Origin: Fidelibacterota bacterium
GTDB taxonomy: Bacteria; Fidelibacterota; Marinisomatia; Marinisomatales; TCS56
NCBI GenBank assembly: GCA_043822705.1
Contig: JBDRBK010000075.1
Span: 1 to 20,667, forward strand
Direction: 5' to 3'
DNA: 20,667 nt
The position numbers and the translations under genes are program-made. Positions 9,601-18,472 of this stretch are shown piece after piece; the stretch's first letter is position 1, and each line of letters opens with the position of its first letter. The notes beneath the pieces are model-generated. The model was not told where the DNA came from, did not search any database, and saw only the letters and a list, made by a program, of their open reading frames with translations.

Positions 9601-9984
9601 GATTTTATACAGCCGATAACGTGGATCGGTCTGATCGGACCCGTAAGGACCGGGAACGCGCTCGGGGCCATACTCAGCACAGGCGGTGCGCACTTCACCA
9701 TTGACTTTCCCCGCATACCAGAGGCCGGAAGCAAAGACCGCATAGGTACGATTGCCCTGTGGCCACTCCAGGCCCGAATGGCCGCTGATACGGTGGCTGA
9801 CGATCATGCCGTTGTTTTCCAGTTCGGATTTGATCCGGTTGCCGTCAAATACCCCGGTGTCGTAGACAACTGTCGTTGATAAAGATTTTTGTTGACCGCT
9901 GTTATCCCGAGCGGCCAGCGGCACAGTCGCAGTAACAGTTAAAGTCAATATAAATGCAGCAAAATATTGGTGGCTGATAGACAT
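6607..9984 (-). CDS. Large secreted protein with T9SS type A/FlgD-Ig-like C-terminal domain (paralog B, intact, ~1125 aa)
   Basis: ATG at 9984 follows GGAGG by 5 nt (the ORF track uses GTG 9990). Signal peptide ending ...VPLAA; same architecture as paralog A; C-terminus IKVWPNPY...IRIFDLSG..IRRI...W..TN...GGIYIIHIETEQGDQVLKLAMVK. Function unknown. Confidence 0.85.
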   Translation of the reverse strand: MSISHQYFAAFILTLTVTATVPLAARDNSGQQKSLSTTVVYDTGVFDGNRIKSELENNGMIVSHRISGHSGLEWPQGNRTYAVFASGLWYAGKVNGEVRTACAEYGPERVPGPYGSDQTDPRYRLYKINHSDFANPSTSTDFQYWPVDDGAPWVDVNNDGIYSPLPTGPDHPDLLGDQMIWYVSNDGDSAAHHIFGTDPLGIEVQTTIFGIGRQNVLGDIMFVKELIINRGGNTIEDMYIGIWSDPDLGDAGDDLVGCDTTLGMGICYNDGIDADYAGFSGGTPALGYDFFQGPVVPASGDTALYQSKQLPGYHNLKMSAFRYYLCTSDPQWQDPNSAEEAYYFMAGLNKSGQPLDESVTGGGRFMSPGDPTKDTGPDDTEFIQKDIAKSCDATFLMSSGPFTMAPRDSQEVVFGIIIAADGDALSSYLRLKKVDVLAQWLYDNRFTLPTPPPPIVEATALENEIILTWDNQSEAFINIFSPSEQYGDSSYFSFQGYRVWQYSDKNGSDPVLLATYDIIDGIKKLYDQIYVGSIGQVVEAQIIDATDSGLKHSHQIKPDVPALQLLLNRAYYYGVTAYACGYNHPLGQQVVESDPQIIEVRPQIHTDWSANDSTASYGDVLPTNHIQGVSDGTVIVKIIDPTKLTGHDYEITFEHQTLPGNDSLIITTWNLVDATMNSELLSDQTNINGVDARTGITVGSAAGPIVDGFQVIITGPGDGIHGVWQVANADGPIAGIDTDVNENIMWINFLTAPDYPTEQAQGGWFFFGHAGGVPLFMSTADGTGFLDCVFRGDNYSWALPYDFEIRFTADALVNGMGYLRFSNNTIIHVPFELWNLGTTPDDPGDDYRMLPAIYKDVGPDPLVWGFGGDAAHSGVANDPYSDWVYWGNPDDVTPGQAGYDAFFTAGIGGMVNGGWTEVIAQTLLMNWNGYVSRVDSIALTNLSSTDPAAWTAADTALFEATGWFLDASNNLGVVKIAGNYATGRILGMPEVGTVYRMITNKPSGSDDLFAFTTAGVSGDSIHYRPQLIKVWPNPYFGYNPEEGIGENKVHFTHLPESGRCVIRIFDLSGIPIRRIDHSAAGTQFAEWELTNNYHEPVVGGIYIIHIETEQGDQVLKLAMVKPHIR

Positions 9985-10041
9985 GAACACCTCCGTTATT
10001 AGTACAATCTAATTAACGCCTCGCCCGGAAATACCAACTTG

Positions 10042-10077
10042 AATAAACCCTGTCCTTTGAACAAAGATTGTACAGGG
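10042..10077 (-). terminator. Possible intrinsic terminator after the VOC gene
   Basis: The minus strand reads CCCTGT...CTTTG-TT-CAAAG.ACAGGG followed by TTTATT, about 60 nt after the VOC stop. The stem is imperfect. Confidence 0.4.
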
Positions 10078-10138
10078 AGAAGCTAATTAATGACAGCTAT
10101 GATTGCAAGCCAATTATCGCAAGCAGGTTAAGAACAAC

Positions 10139-10519
10139 CTATTTTGATATATCCTGATAGAGCATGAAGCAATTATCGAAGGGATCGTAAAATGTCAGCA
10201 GCTTGACCATATCAGGAATTGTCCGGATGTCGCCGGCTATTTTAACCTTGTGTTTTTCGAGTGTCCGTTTGGCCTGTTCAATATCCTTGACGCCCCATAC
10301 CAGCACGGCATTGCCTTGTGGCAACGGCATTTTCTCAACCTCCGACAGTCCAACATTCACATGGGCCACCGGACTTTCCATTTCGCACCACCCCATTGCT
10401 TCCAGAAAATAGAGTGTCTTGAAGCCCAATACTTTTTCATACCACTCGGTGGCGGCTTTTATATCAGGCACGTCGATTGAACAGGTTAATCCATGATCGT
10501 AATTATCCTGCATTTTCAT
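10139..10519 (-). CDS. VOC (glyoxalase/bleomycin resistance) family protein
   Basis: 126 aa with VPDIKAATEWYEKVLGF, VKDIEQAKRTLEKHKV and FYDPFDN; GGGAG upstream of the ATG. Confidence 0.88.
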   Translation of the reverse strand: MKMQDNYDHGLTCSIDVPDIKAATEWYEKVLGFKTLYFLEAMGWCEMESPVAHVNVGLSEVEKMPLPQGNAVLVWGVKDIEQAKRTLEKHKVKIAGDIRTIPDMVKLLTFYDPFDNCFMLYQDISK

Positions 10520-10569
10520 CGTAACTCTCCCTGTTTAGTTTGAATCAAAAAGTAAGCCGCTCATTTGTA

Positions 10570-11496
10570 TTAAACTAACTCCGCCGCCCGGCAATTGTCA
10601 ATCACCTGTTCCGGGGTCTTGCCGCCGGGAATCACGGTGTGGCAGGCCGGGTGTCGCAGGCAGAAGGCCAGGCTGACCTGGGCTTTGGAATAACCCGGGT
10701 GTTCTTCAAAAACTGGCTCCAGATCGTCCAGATCGGATAAATACTGGTCCAGTTTTTCCGGTGCCAGGTTGAAACGGCGGTGGTCGTTTTCGCCAAAGCG
10801 GGCAGTGCGGTCGAACTTGCCGGTCAGCAGGCCGAATAATAGCGGTATCCGCACGATTACGCCGATGCCGTATTTCCGGGCTTTGGGGAACAGTACCTTT
10901 TCCGCCGTCCTTTCCAGCAGGTTGTAGCGCACCTGAATACAATCAAGCAGGTCGTGATGCTCGTCCAGCAGGAATGCCTGCTCGGTTTCCCGGAAGGACT
11001 GAATGCTCAAACCGGCGTGTTTGATTTTACCGTCGCGCTTGAGTGTTGTTAATGCTTCCCAGGGCTCATCGCTGGTCAGCTTATCGATGTCCGGGCTATG
11101 CAGCTGCAGGATGTCTAGGGCCTCCACATTCAGGCGCCGCAGACTTTTTTCCGCCGCCCCGATCAGGTAGTCTTTGGTATAAGTCTGTTTGATCGGGCCG
11201 TAGCCGGAGTCATCGGTGGCGCCGGCGTTGTAAAAATCATTGCCGGCTTTAGTGGCCACAATGACATCGCCTTTGCCACGGTCTTTCAGAACGGCGGCGA
11301 TCAGTTCCTCGGAATGACCGAAACCGTATACATCGGCAGTATCGATGAAAGTGACACCCTGGTCCAAGGCGGTGTGAAGGGCCTTTTTACTGACGCTATC
11401 GTCGGTTTTACCCCAGTCCCGGCCGCCGATAGCCCAGGCACCGAACCCAACCACGGAAATTTCCGGTCCCCGTTCGCCTAAACTGATGTACTTCAT
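10570..11496 (-). CDS. Aldo/keto reductase
   Basis: MKYISLG...ISVVGFGAWAIGG, catalytic D/Y in IDTADVYG, ATK, SLRRL..DILQLH, QVRYNLL, IPGGKTPEQV. ATG 11496 after GAGG is preferred over TTG 11517. Confidence 0.93.
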   Translation of the reverse strand: MKYISLGERGPEISVVGFGAWAIGGRDWGKTDDSVSKKALHTALDQGVTFIDTADVYGFGHSEELIAAVLKDRGKGDVIVATKAGNDFYNAGATDDSGYGPIKQTYTKDYLIGAAEKSLRRLNVEALDILQLHSPDIDKLTSDEPWEALTTLKRDGKIKHAGLSIQSFRETEQAFLLDEHHDLLDCIQVRYNLLERTAEKVLFPKARKYGIGVIVRIPLLFGLLTGKFDRTARFGENDHRRFNLAPEKLDQYLSDLDDLEPVFEEHPGYSKAQVSLAFCLRHPACHTVIPGGKTPEQVIDNCRAAELV

Positions 11497-11591
11497 AATG
11501 CCTCGATTTAACCGCAAATTCCGTTAACAATTACCAAACGATTTGCGCTTGTCGTGTCCGGCCGGATTGCCTTCGGAATAATTCGCGGTAA

Positions 11592-13148
<1,557 letters not shown>

Positions 13149-13167
13149 TTTATTTTAGTGTTAAAGT

Positions 13168-13188
13168 GTTCTGATTTCTTGGTTCTGA
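13168..13188. repeat. Degenerate heptamer array (GTTCTGA-TTTCTTG-GTTCTGA) between purN and purH
   Basis: Same unit and orientation as the array at 13799-13826; abuts the palindrome GAATAATA-G-TATTATTC (13189-13205), which overlaps the purN stop. Confidence 0.55.
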
Positions 13189-13199
13189 GAATAATAGTA

Positions 13200-13787
13200 T
13201 TATTCCAATTTGCCGGTCTTGGCGTAGCGGTCTATCACATCGATAAAGGCGTCGCCTTCCAGCTTTTGAACTTTCGCTTTCAGGGAGTCGGGGGTATCAT
13301 CCGGGGTCACGGTGCATTTTTTCCGGATGATGATCGGTCCGCCGTCCACCTCGGCCGTCACCAGATGAATCGTGCAGCCGGTTTCGGTTTCGTGGTTGGC
13401 CAACACTTCTTCGTGTACGTTAGTGTCCATCCCGCCGGCGTATTTGGGCAGCAGCGAGGGATGAACGTTCAGCACTTTACCAGCCCATTCCCGGCAGAAT
13501 TCCGCCGACAGGATGCGCATGAATCCGATCAGCAGGACTAAATCCACTTGGTGTTTTCTGAGAACAACCGTCATACCCGCATCGAATTCTTCGCGGGATT
13601 TGCCTTTATGGCTGATATAAACGTGGTCGATTCCATGATTTTCCGCCCGTTCCAGAATGTAGGCCTGAGCGCGGTTACTGATTACAATTTCAACGGCGGC
13701 ATCCAACCGGCCGGCACCAATCGCGTCGATGATTGCCTGCAGGTCGGTGCCTTTGGTGGAGCCTATGATGGCAAGTTTAACTGGCAT
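13200..13787 (-). CDS. purN: Phosphoribosylglycinamide formyltransferase
   Basis: VISN, DLVLLIGFMRILS, catalytic NVHPSLLP, TGCTIHLV..EVDGGPII; pur operon context. Confidence 0.96.
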   Translation of the reverse strand: MPVKLAIIGSTKGTDLQAIIDAIGAGRLDAAVEIVISNRAQAYILERAENHGIDHVYISHKGKSREEFDAGMTVVLRKHQVDLVLLIGFMRILSAEFCREWAGKVLNVHPSLLPKYAGGMDTNVHEEVLANHETETGCTIHLVTAEVDGGPIIIRKKCTVTPDDTPDSLKAKVQKLEGDAFIDVIDRYAKTGKLE

Positions 13788-13798
13788 GTAATTTATTG

Positions 13799-13826
13799 TT
13801 TCTAAGTTCTGGGTTCTGAGTTCTCA
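13799..13826. repeat. Heptamer tandem array at the 3' end of the four-helix-bundle gene
   Basis: TTTCTAA-GTTCTGG-GTTCTGA-GTTCTCA on the + strand; it encodes the terminal ENSEPRT* of the gene. Confidence 0.75.
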
Positions 13827-14268
13827 TGGAAATCCGCAGGGATTGTAAATTCATCATAATTGGACATAGGTTCTTTGATTGAGTAAGTTTTATTGGCGGA
13901 TTTACCTGGGGATGATGAAAGATATTTCATCAGATTGAGTATTAATTTTCTAATGTTCTCACACTGTGCAATCTGTGTGGAAAAATCTTCTGATGTAATA
14001 AAATTTTGATCAAGACAGATGTATAACAGGCTTACCACCTCGGCCAATGAAGCCTGAGCAATATTGAGGAAATTATAGAATTCTTTTCGGTTGTAGCGTG
14101 CAAAACCTTCAGCGATATTAGTCATTCCCGAGACAGCTGCGCGCCGTAATTGACAAGATCATATTCATGTTTAAACTGGCTGGATTTAGTGAGATTGTAG
14201 ATAGCATTAACCAGCTTCCGGGCTTCTTGACAGCACCTTAAATCGTTAAATTTATTAACCTTCTTCAT
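13802..14268 (-). pseudogene. Four-helix-bundle protein (23S rRNA IVP / TIGR02436-type family), frameshifted
   Basis: ATG 14268 gives MKKVNKFNDLRCCQEARKLVNAIYNLTKSSQFKHEYDL; the frame breaks at ~14153 and continues as QLRRAAVSGMTNIAEGFARYNRKEFYNFLNIAQASLAEVVSLLYICLDQNFI. This matches the family pattern F.DL..WQ.A...Q.RRAA.S...NIAEG...EF..FL.IA..S..E. Low GC (20/60 at 13921-13980). Confidence 0.88.
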
Positions 14269-14277
14269 AGTCCCATA

Positions 14278-14318
14278 TTAGAGCCTAGAACCTAGAACTG
14301 AGAACCAGCACTAAGCAC
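14278..14318. repeat. Heptamer tandem array upstream of the four-helix-bundle gene, inverted relative to 13799-13826
   Basis: TTAGAGC-CTAGAAC-CTAGAAC-TGAGAAC-CAGCAC-TAAGCAC on the + strand, running into the purD stop codon. Confidence 0.75.
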
Positions 14319-15630
14319 TCATACCTCGTAGCTTTTTCATCTGCTCAATTCTTTTCTGCACTAATTCAGCAGTTCCAATATCCTGGCGATAAAATAACGG
14401 ACCGGCAATACGCTCGATTTCCGCCTGAGCCAGCGCTTCGGCGGCGCTCAACGTATCGGCAATCCCGACGACTGCGGCCGTGCGCGAACCGGTTTCATAC
14501 AGGCCGTCGGCGCGTTGATCCACGGCAGCGAGGTAGAGTTGCTCATGATTGCGGACGCCGGAAATATCAATCGGCTGGTTCTTCACCGGCACGTCGGGGT
14601 AACCTTCCGGTACGGCATATTTGCAGACGGTGGCGAGGGGTGCAAAGCGCGCCAGATCCTGATGCAAATTCCCATCGACTATTGCCTGGCAGATCGCTAC
14701 AAAATCGCTTTCCAGGATCGCCAGTACGTTCATGCATTCCGGGTCGCCGAAACGGGCGTTGTATTCGATCAACTGCACGCCGTCCGCGGTGGCGATGAAA
14801 CCACCGTAAAGAATACCCTTGTAACCTTCACCGAATTCCCTTTCCAGCGCCTGCATGGTGGCCTTGTTGATGGTCTGGGCTTCGGCAATATCCTGTGTCG
14901 TTAAAAACGGTAGAGAATGATCGGCAGCGGAATAGGAACCCATGCCGCCGGTATTAGGTCCGGTGTCACCTTCGAAGGCCCGTTTGTGGTCCTGCACCGC
15001 CGGCATGTGGGCCAGATGGCGACCGTCGCAGAAGCTCATCAGCGAGAATTCCTCGCCGATCAATTTTTCTTCGATGACAAATGATTTAGCGCCATCAACC
15101 AGTTCCCGGCAGTAGGCGATGGCTTCGGCATGGCCGGCCAGGTGGTCGCCGGCGACCTTCACGCCCTTGCCGCCCATCAGGCCGTCATACTTCACCACAA
15201 AGAGATCGCCCAAATCTTCCAGAAAATCGGCGACCCCTTCCATGGAATTGAAAACCTTATATCTGGGACATCCCGGCACGGCGTGTTTGCTGAGCAGGTT
15301 GCGGGTGAAGGCCTTGCTGGTTTCCAGTTGCGCCAGGGCTTGTTTTGGTCCCACGCAGGGAATACTGGACGCCCACAGGGCATCGGCCACCCCGGCCGCC
15401 AGCGGTGCTTCCGGTCCCACGATTGCCAGATTGACAGCGCTGTCCCGGGCGAAGCTGACAACGGCGTCCGGTTGATTGATGTCGCCGACCAGGTAGCCGG
15501 TGCAGAGTTCCTTAATCCCGGGATTGACACTGCCGGCCAGGCAGTACAGAGCGGGGTTCTGCGGCGAGCGCGTCACCGCTCGGGCAATCGCATGTTCGCG
15601 GGCGCCCGAGCCGATCAGTAGTAATTTCAT
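14311..15630 (-). CDS. purD: Phosphoribosylamine-glycine ligase
   Basis: MKLLLIGSGAREHAI, VGPEAPL.AG, AQLETSKAF, VVK.DGL.GGKGV, EEKLIGEEFS, QDHKRAFEGDTGPNTGGMG, EYNARFGDPE. Confidence 0.98.
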   Translation of the reverse strand: MKLLLIGSGAREHAIARAVTRSPQNPALYCLAGSVNPGIKELCTGYLVGDINQPDAVVSFARDSAVNLAIVGPEAPLAAGVADALWASSIPCVGPKQALAQLETSKAFTRNLLSKHAVPGCPRYKVFNSMEGVADFLEDLGDLFVVKYDGLMGGKGVKVAGDHLAGHAEAIAYCRELVDGAKSFVIEEKLIGEEFSLMSFCDGRHLAHMPAVQDHKRAFEGDTGPNTGGMGSYSAADHSLPFLTTQDIAEAQTINKATMQALEREFGEGYKGILYGGFIATADGVQLIEYNARFGDPECMNVLAILESDFVAICQAIVDGNLHQDLARFAPLATVCKYAVPEGYPDVPVKNQPIDISGVRNHEQLYLAAVDQRADGLYETGSRTAAVVGIADTLSAAEALAQAEIERIAGPLFYRQDIGTAELVQKRIEQMKKLRGMSA

Positions 15631-15633
15631 AAT

Positions 15634-17100
15634 TTACTCCCTTGTCGTTTGTTGCGTCTCGAACTGACGCATCTTATTCTCATCGACATCGCCGGTGACA
15701 TATTGCCCGTCCAGGCAGGCCATGCAGGGCCGGTCAATCCCATGGTTGCCTTTGCGGGTGACCGCCTCTAACAGGTCATCGTGGCGCTGGAACAGCAGCC
15801 GGTCGACACCCATGTATTCGGCTATTTCCTCTTCAGTGAGGCGATGGGCGATCAGTTCCTGCCGGGTGGGAATATCGACGCCGTAGAAACAGGGAAATTT
15901 CACCGGCGGACAGGCGGAAATAAAATAGACTTTCTTGGCGCCGAACTCGCGGACCATCTTGACGATTTCGCGGCTGGTGGTCCCGCGGACGATACTGTCG
16001 TCAACGATCATCACTATTTTTCCGCGGATTTCCAGCTCCTGCGGCACCAGTTTGTAGCGCACTGATTTCTGGCGCTGCTCCTGACCGGGCATAATGAAGG
16101 TGCGGCCGATGAAGGGATTTTTATACAGTCCTTCGGAATAACGGACGCCCAGGGCCTGGGCCACGGACAAAGCCGCGGTGTTGGCGGTGGAGGGCGCCGG
16201 AATTACGATATCAGGTTTATCATCCGGAAATTTATTCTGCCAGCGGAAGGCCAGATTCTGGCCCATCCGCAGGCGGGCCCGGTATACGCTGACGGCGTTC
16301 ATCATCGTATCGGGCCGGGCGAAATAAACATATTCAAAAACGCAGGGCGACAAACTCTGACGTTTGAGAACCCGGCTCTGGGGTGGGCCCTGCTCCGGCA
16401 GATAAATCACTTCGCCCGGTTGAACATCGCCGGTATGCCGGAAGCCCAGGGAATAGTAGACCGACGTTTCCGAGCAGAAGATATAATCGGTAGTGCCGTC
16501 GGGATTGTGGCGTTCGCCTTTAGTTAGTGGTCGGATGCCATGGGGATCACGAAAAACCACCAGGCCCTTGCCGATAATCATCGCCACCACCGAGTAAGCC
16601 CCGCTGACATGTTCATAGACGATCGACACGGCGTTGCAAATATGCTCGAAAAACCCGTTGTCGCCGGGAGCATCAGCCTGCCGGTTGAGGGCGTCGGCGA
16701 AATAATGCAGGATCACCTCCACATCCACCGTCGTATTCAGATGGCGGTGGAAGCGTTGCGACAGATCGGTCGTCGTTTCCTCCTGGTTGACCAGGTTGCC
16801 GTTGTGGGCCATGGCAATGCCGTAGGGAACGCCGGTCCAGACCGGCTGGGCGTCATCCCGACCGTAACCGCCGGCGGTGGGATAACGGGTCTGGCCGATG
16901 CCGATATTTCCCAGCAGGCGCGCCATGTTGTGCTCGTCAAAAATATCGCGCACCAGGCCGACGCCTTTTTTCACGTGGAAGCGCTTATTATAGGTGATGA
17001 TACCGGCCGCGTCCTGACCGCGATGCTGAAGTTGGATCAGGCTTTCATACAGCTCAACCGCCACCGGCGCATGTGATTTAATACCGACTACGCCGCACAT
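15634..17100 (-). CDS. purF: Amidophosphoribosyltransferase
   Basis: N-terminal MCG nucleophile, LQHRGQDAAG, HNGNLVN, RDPHGIRPL, CVFEYVYFARPD, GRTFIMPGQ, PRPP loop VDDSIVRGTT. Its ATG overlaps the purB TAA (TAATG). Confidence 0.98.
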   Translation of the reverse strand: MCGVVGIKSHAPVAVELYESLIQLQHRGQDAAGIITYNKRFHVKKGVGLVRDIFDEHNMARLLGNIGIGQTRYPTAGGYGRDDAQPVWTGVPYGIAMAHNGNLVNQEETTTDLSQRFHRHLNTTVDVEVILHYFADALNRQADAPGDNGFFEHICNAVSIVYEHVSGAYSVVAMIIGKGLVVFRDPHGIRPLTKGERHNPDGTTDYIFCSETSVYYSLGFRHTGDVQPGEVIYLPEQGPPQSRVLKRQSLSPCVFEYVYFARPDTMMNAVSVYRARLRMGQNLAFRWQNKFPDDKPDIVIPAPSTANTAALSVAQALGVRYSEGLYKNPFIGRTFIMPGQEQRQKSVRYKLVPQELEIRGKIVMIVDDSIVRGTTSREIVKMVREFGAKKVYFISACPPVKFPCFYGVDIPTRQELIAHRLTEEEIAEYMGVDRLLFQRHDDLLEAVTRKGNHGIDRPCMACLDGQYVTGDVDENKMRQFETQQTTRE

Positions 17101-18470
17101 TATTTCAGCAGGTCCACCAGTTGTGGCGCCAGACCGATGTAATTCTGCGGCAGCAGGTCCAGCAGCAGCAGGCGCTCGTTTTCGGGAATATCCAGATCGG
17201 CGATAAATGAACGGATGCTGTCCTTATCGATGGCCTGACCACGGGTCAATTCCTTGAGCCGCTCATAGGCATCGCTGCGACCGTTTTTCCGCAGGATGGT
17301 CTGGATCGCTTCCGCCAAGACTTCCCAGTGCCGGTTCAATTCTTCCTCGATGGCCGTCTTATTGATAACCAGCCGTTTCAATCCGCTGTCGATATTTTTT
17401 ACCGCCAGCAGGGAATGAGCCAGCGGCACCCCCTGGGTACGCAGGACGGTGCTGTCGGTCAGGTCGCGCTGGAGACGGGAGACGGGCAGTTTTTCGGCCA
17501 GGTGTCCCAGCAGGGCATTGGCCAAACCGAGGTTGCCTTCGGCGTTTTCGAACTGGATCGGATTGATTTTGTGCGGCATGGTGCTGGAACCGACTTCACC
17601 GGCAACCGCTTTCTGCTGGAAAATACCGCGGCTGATGTATATCCACAGATCTCGGCACAGGTCGAGCAGAATCGTATTCACCCGCATCAGGGCCTGGTAG
17701 CTGGCGGCCAGATTATCGTGCGGTTCGATCTGGGTGGTAAGCAGGACCGGTTCCAGCCCCAGTGATTTCACGAAGCGGCTGCTGAAGGCCGTCCAATTGA
17801 CCTGCGGGCAACTGATTTGATGGGCGGCCCAGGTGCCGCTGGCGCCGGCCAGTTTGCCGGACAGCGGGACCTGTTGCAGGGCGGCAGTCTGCTGTTCCAG
17901 GCGGGCGGCGAATACGGCCAGCTCCTTGCCGACGGTGGTGGGCGTGGCCGGCTGTCCGTGGGTAAGCGCCAGCAGAGGTGTCTGGCGATAGCGCCGGGCC
18001 AGGGCGCGCAGATTGCGGTACAGTGATTTAAGTACGGGCAAGTGCACGTGCCGCAAAGCATCCAGCCACATCAGCGAGTAGGCCAGATTATTGATATCTT
18101 CGGAAGTGAGGGCGAAATGAATCCAGGGGCTCAGGTATTTCAGCTTCGATTTTTCCAACTGTTCGCGGATGAAGTATTCCACCGCTTTCACATCGTGGCC
18201 GATCCCCTGCTCGATTTCCTTGACGCGCCGGGCGTCCGCTATGGTGACCTCCTGATACATTTTACGCAACTGTGATTGATAAGATGTCGACAGCGGCGCG
18301 AAGGCCGCGAATTTCTTTTCCGCTCCCAGGGCGATCAGATATTCAATTTCAACCCGGACCCGGTACTTTATCAGGGCGAACTCGGAAAAAAATATCTCTA
18401 ATTCCTGCAACTTGGAGTTGTACCGTCCGTCGATCGGTGAAATGGCAAACAGACTGCTTTTTTCGGGCAC
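17100..18470 (-). CDS. purB: Adenylosuccinate lyase (E. coli-type, 456 aa)
   Basis: AISPIDGRY, HDVKAVEYF, TSEDINN, THGQPATPTTVGKE, GSSTMPHKINPIQFEN.EGN, SRLQRDLTDS. GTG at 18470 follows GGAGG and the purE stop; the longer start in the ORF track overlaps purE. Confidence 0.97.
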   Translation of the reverse strand: MPEKSSLFAISPIDGRYNSKLQELEIFFSEFALIKYRVRVEIEYLIALGAEKKFAAFAPLSTSYQSQLRKMYQEVTIADARRVKEIEQGIGHDVKAVEYFIREQLEKSKLKYLSPWIHFALTSEDINNLAYSLMWLDALRHVHLPVLKSLYRNLRALARRYRQTPLLALTHGQPATPTTVGKELAVFAARLEQQTAALQQVPLSGKLAGASGTWAAHQISCPQVNWTAFSSRFVKSLGLEPVLLTTQIEPHDNLAASYQALMRVNTILLDLCRDLWIYISRGIFQQKAVAGEVGSSTMPHKINPIQFENAEGNLGLANALLGHLAEKLPVSRLQRDLTDSTVLRTQGVPLAHSLLAVKNIDSGLKRLVINKTAIEEELNRHWEVLAEAIQTILRKNGRSDAYERLKELTRGQAIDKDSIRSFIADLDIPENERLLLLDLLPQNYIGLAPQLVDLLK

Positions 18471-18472
18471 GG

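Noticed and set aside
10072..10534. 9-bp inverted repeat ACAGGGAGA/TCTCCCTGT around the VOC gene
   Set aside because: One copy is the RBS and the other is part of the putative terminator. It is too short, with no target-site duplication or transposase.
13799..14318. Heptamer arrays as a CRISPR array or IS terminal inverted repeats
   Set aside because: The units are 7 nt with no spacers, and there are no cas or transposase genes and no clear target-site duplication.
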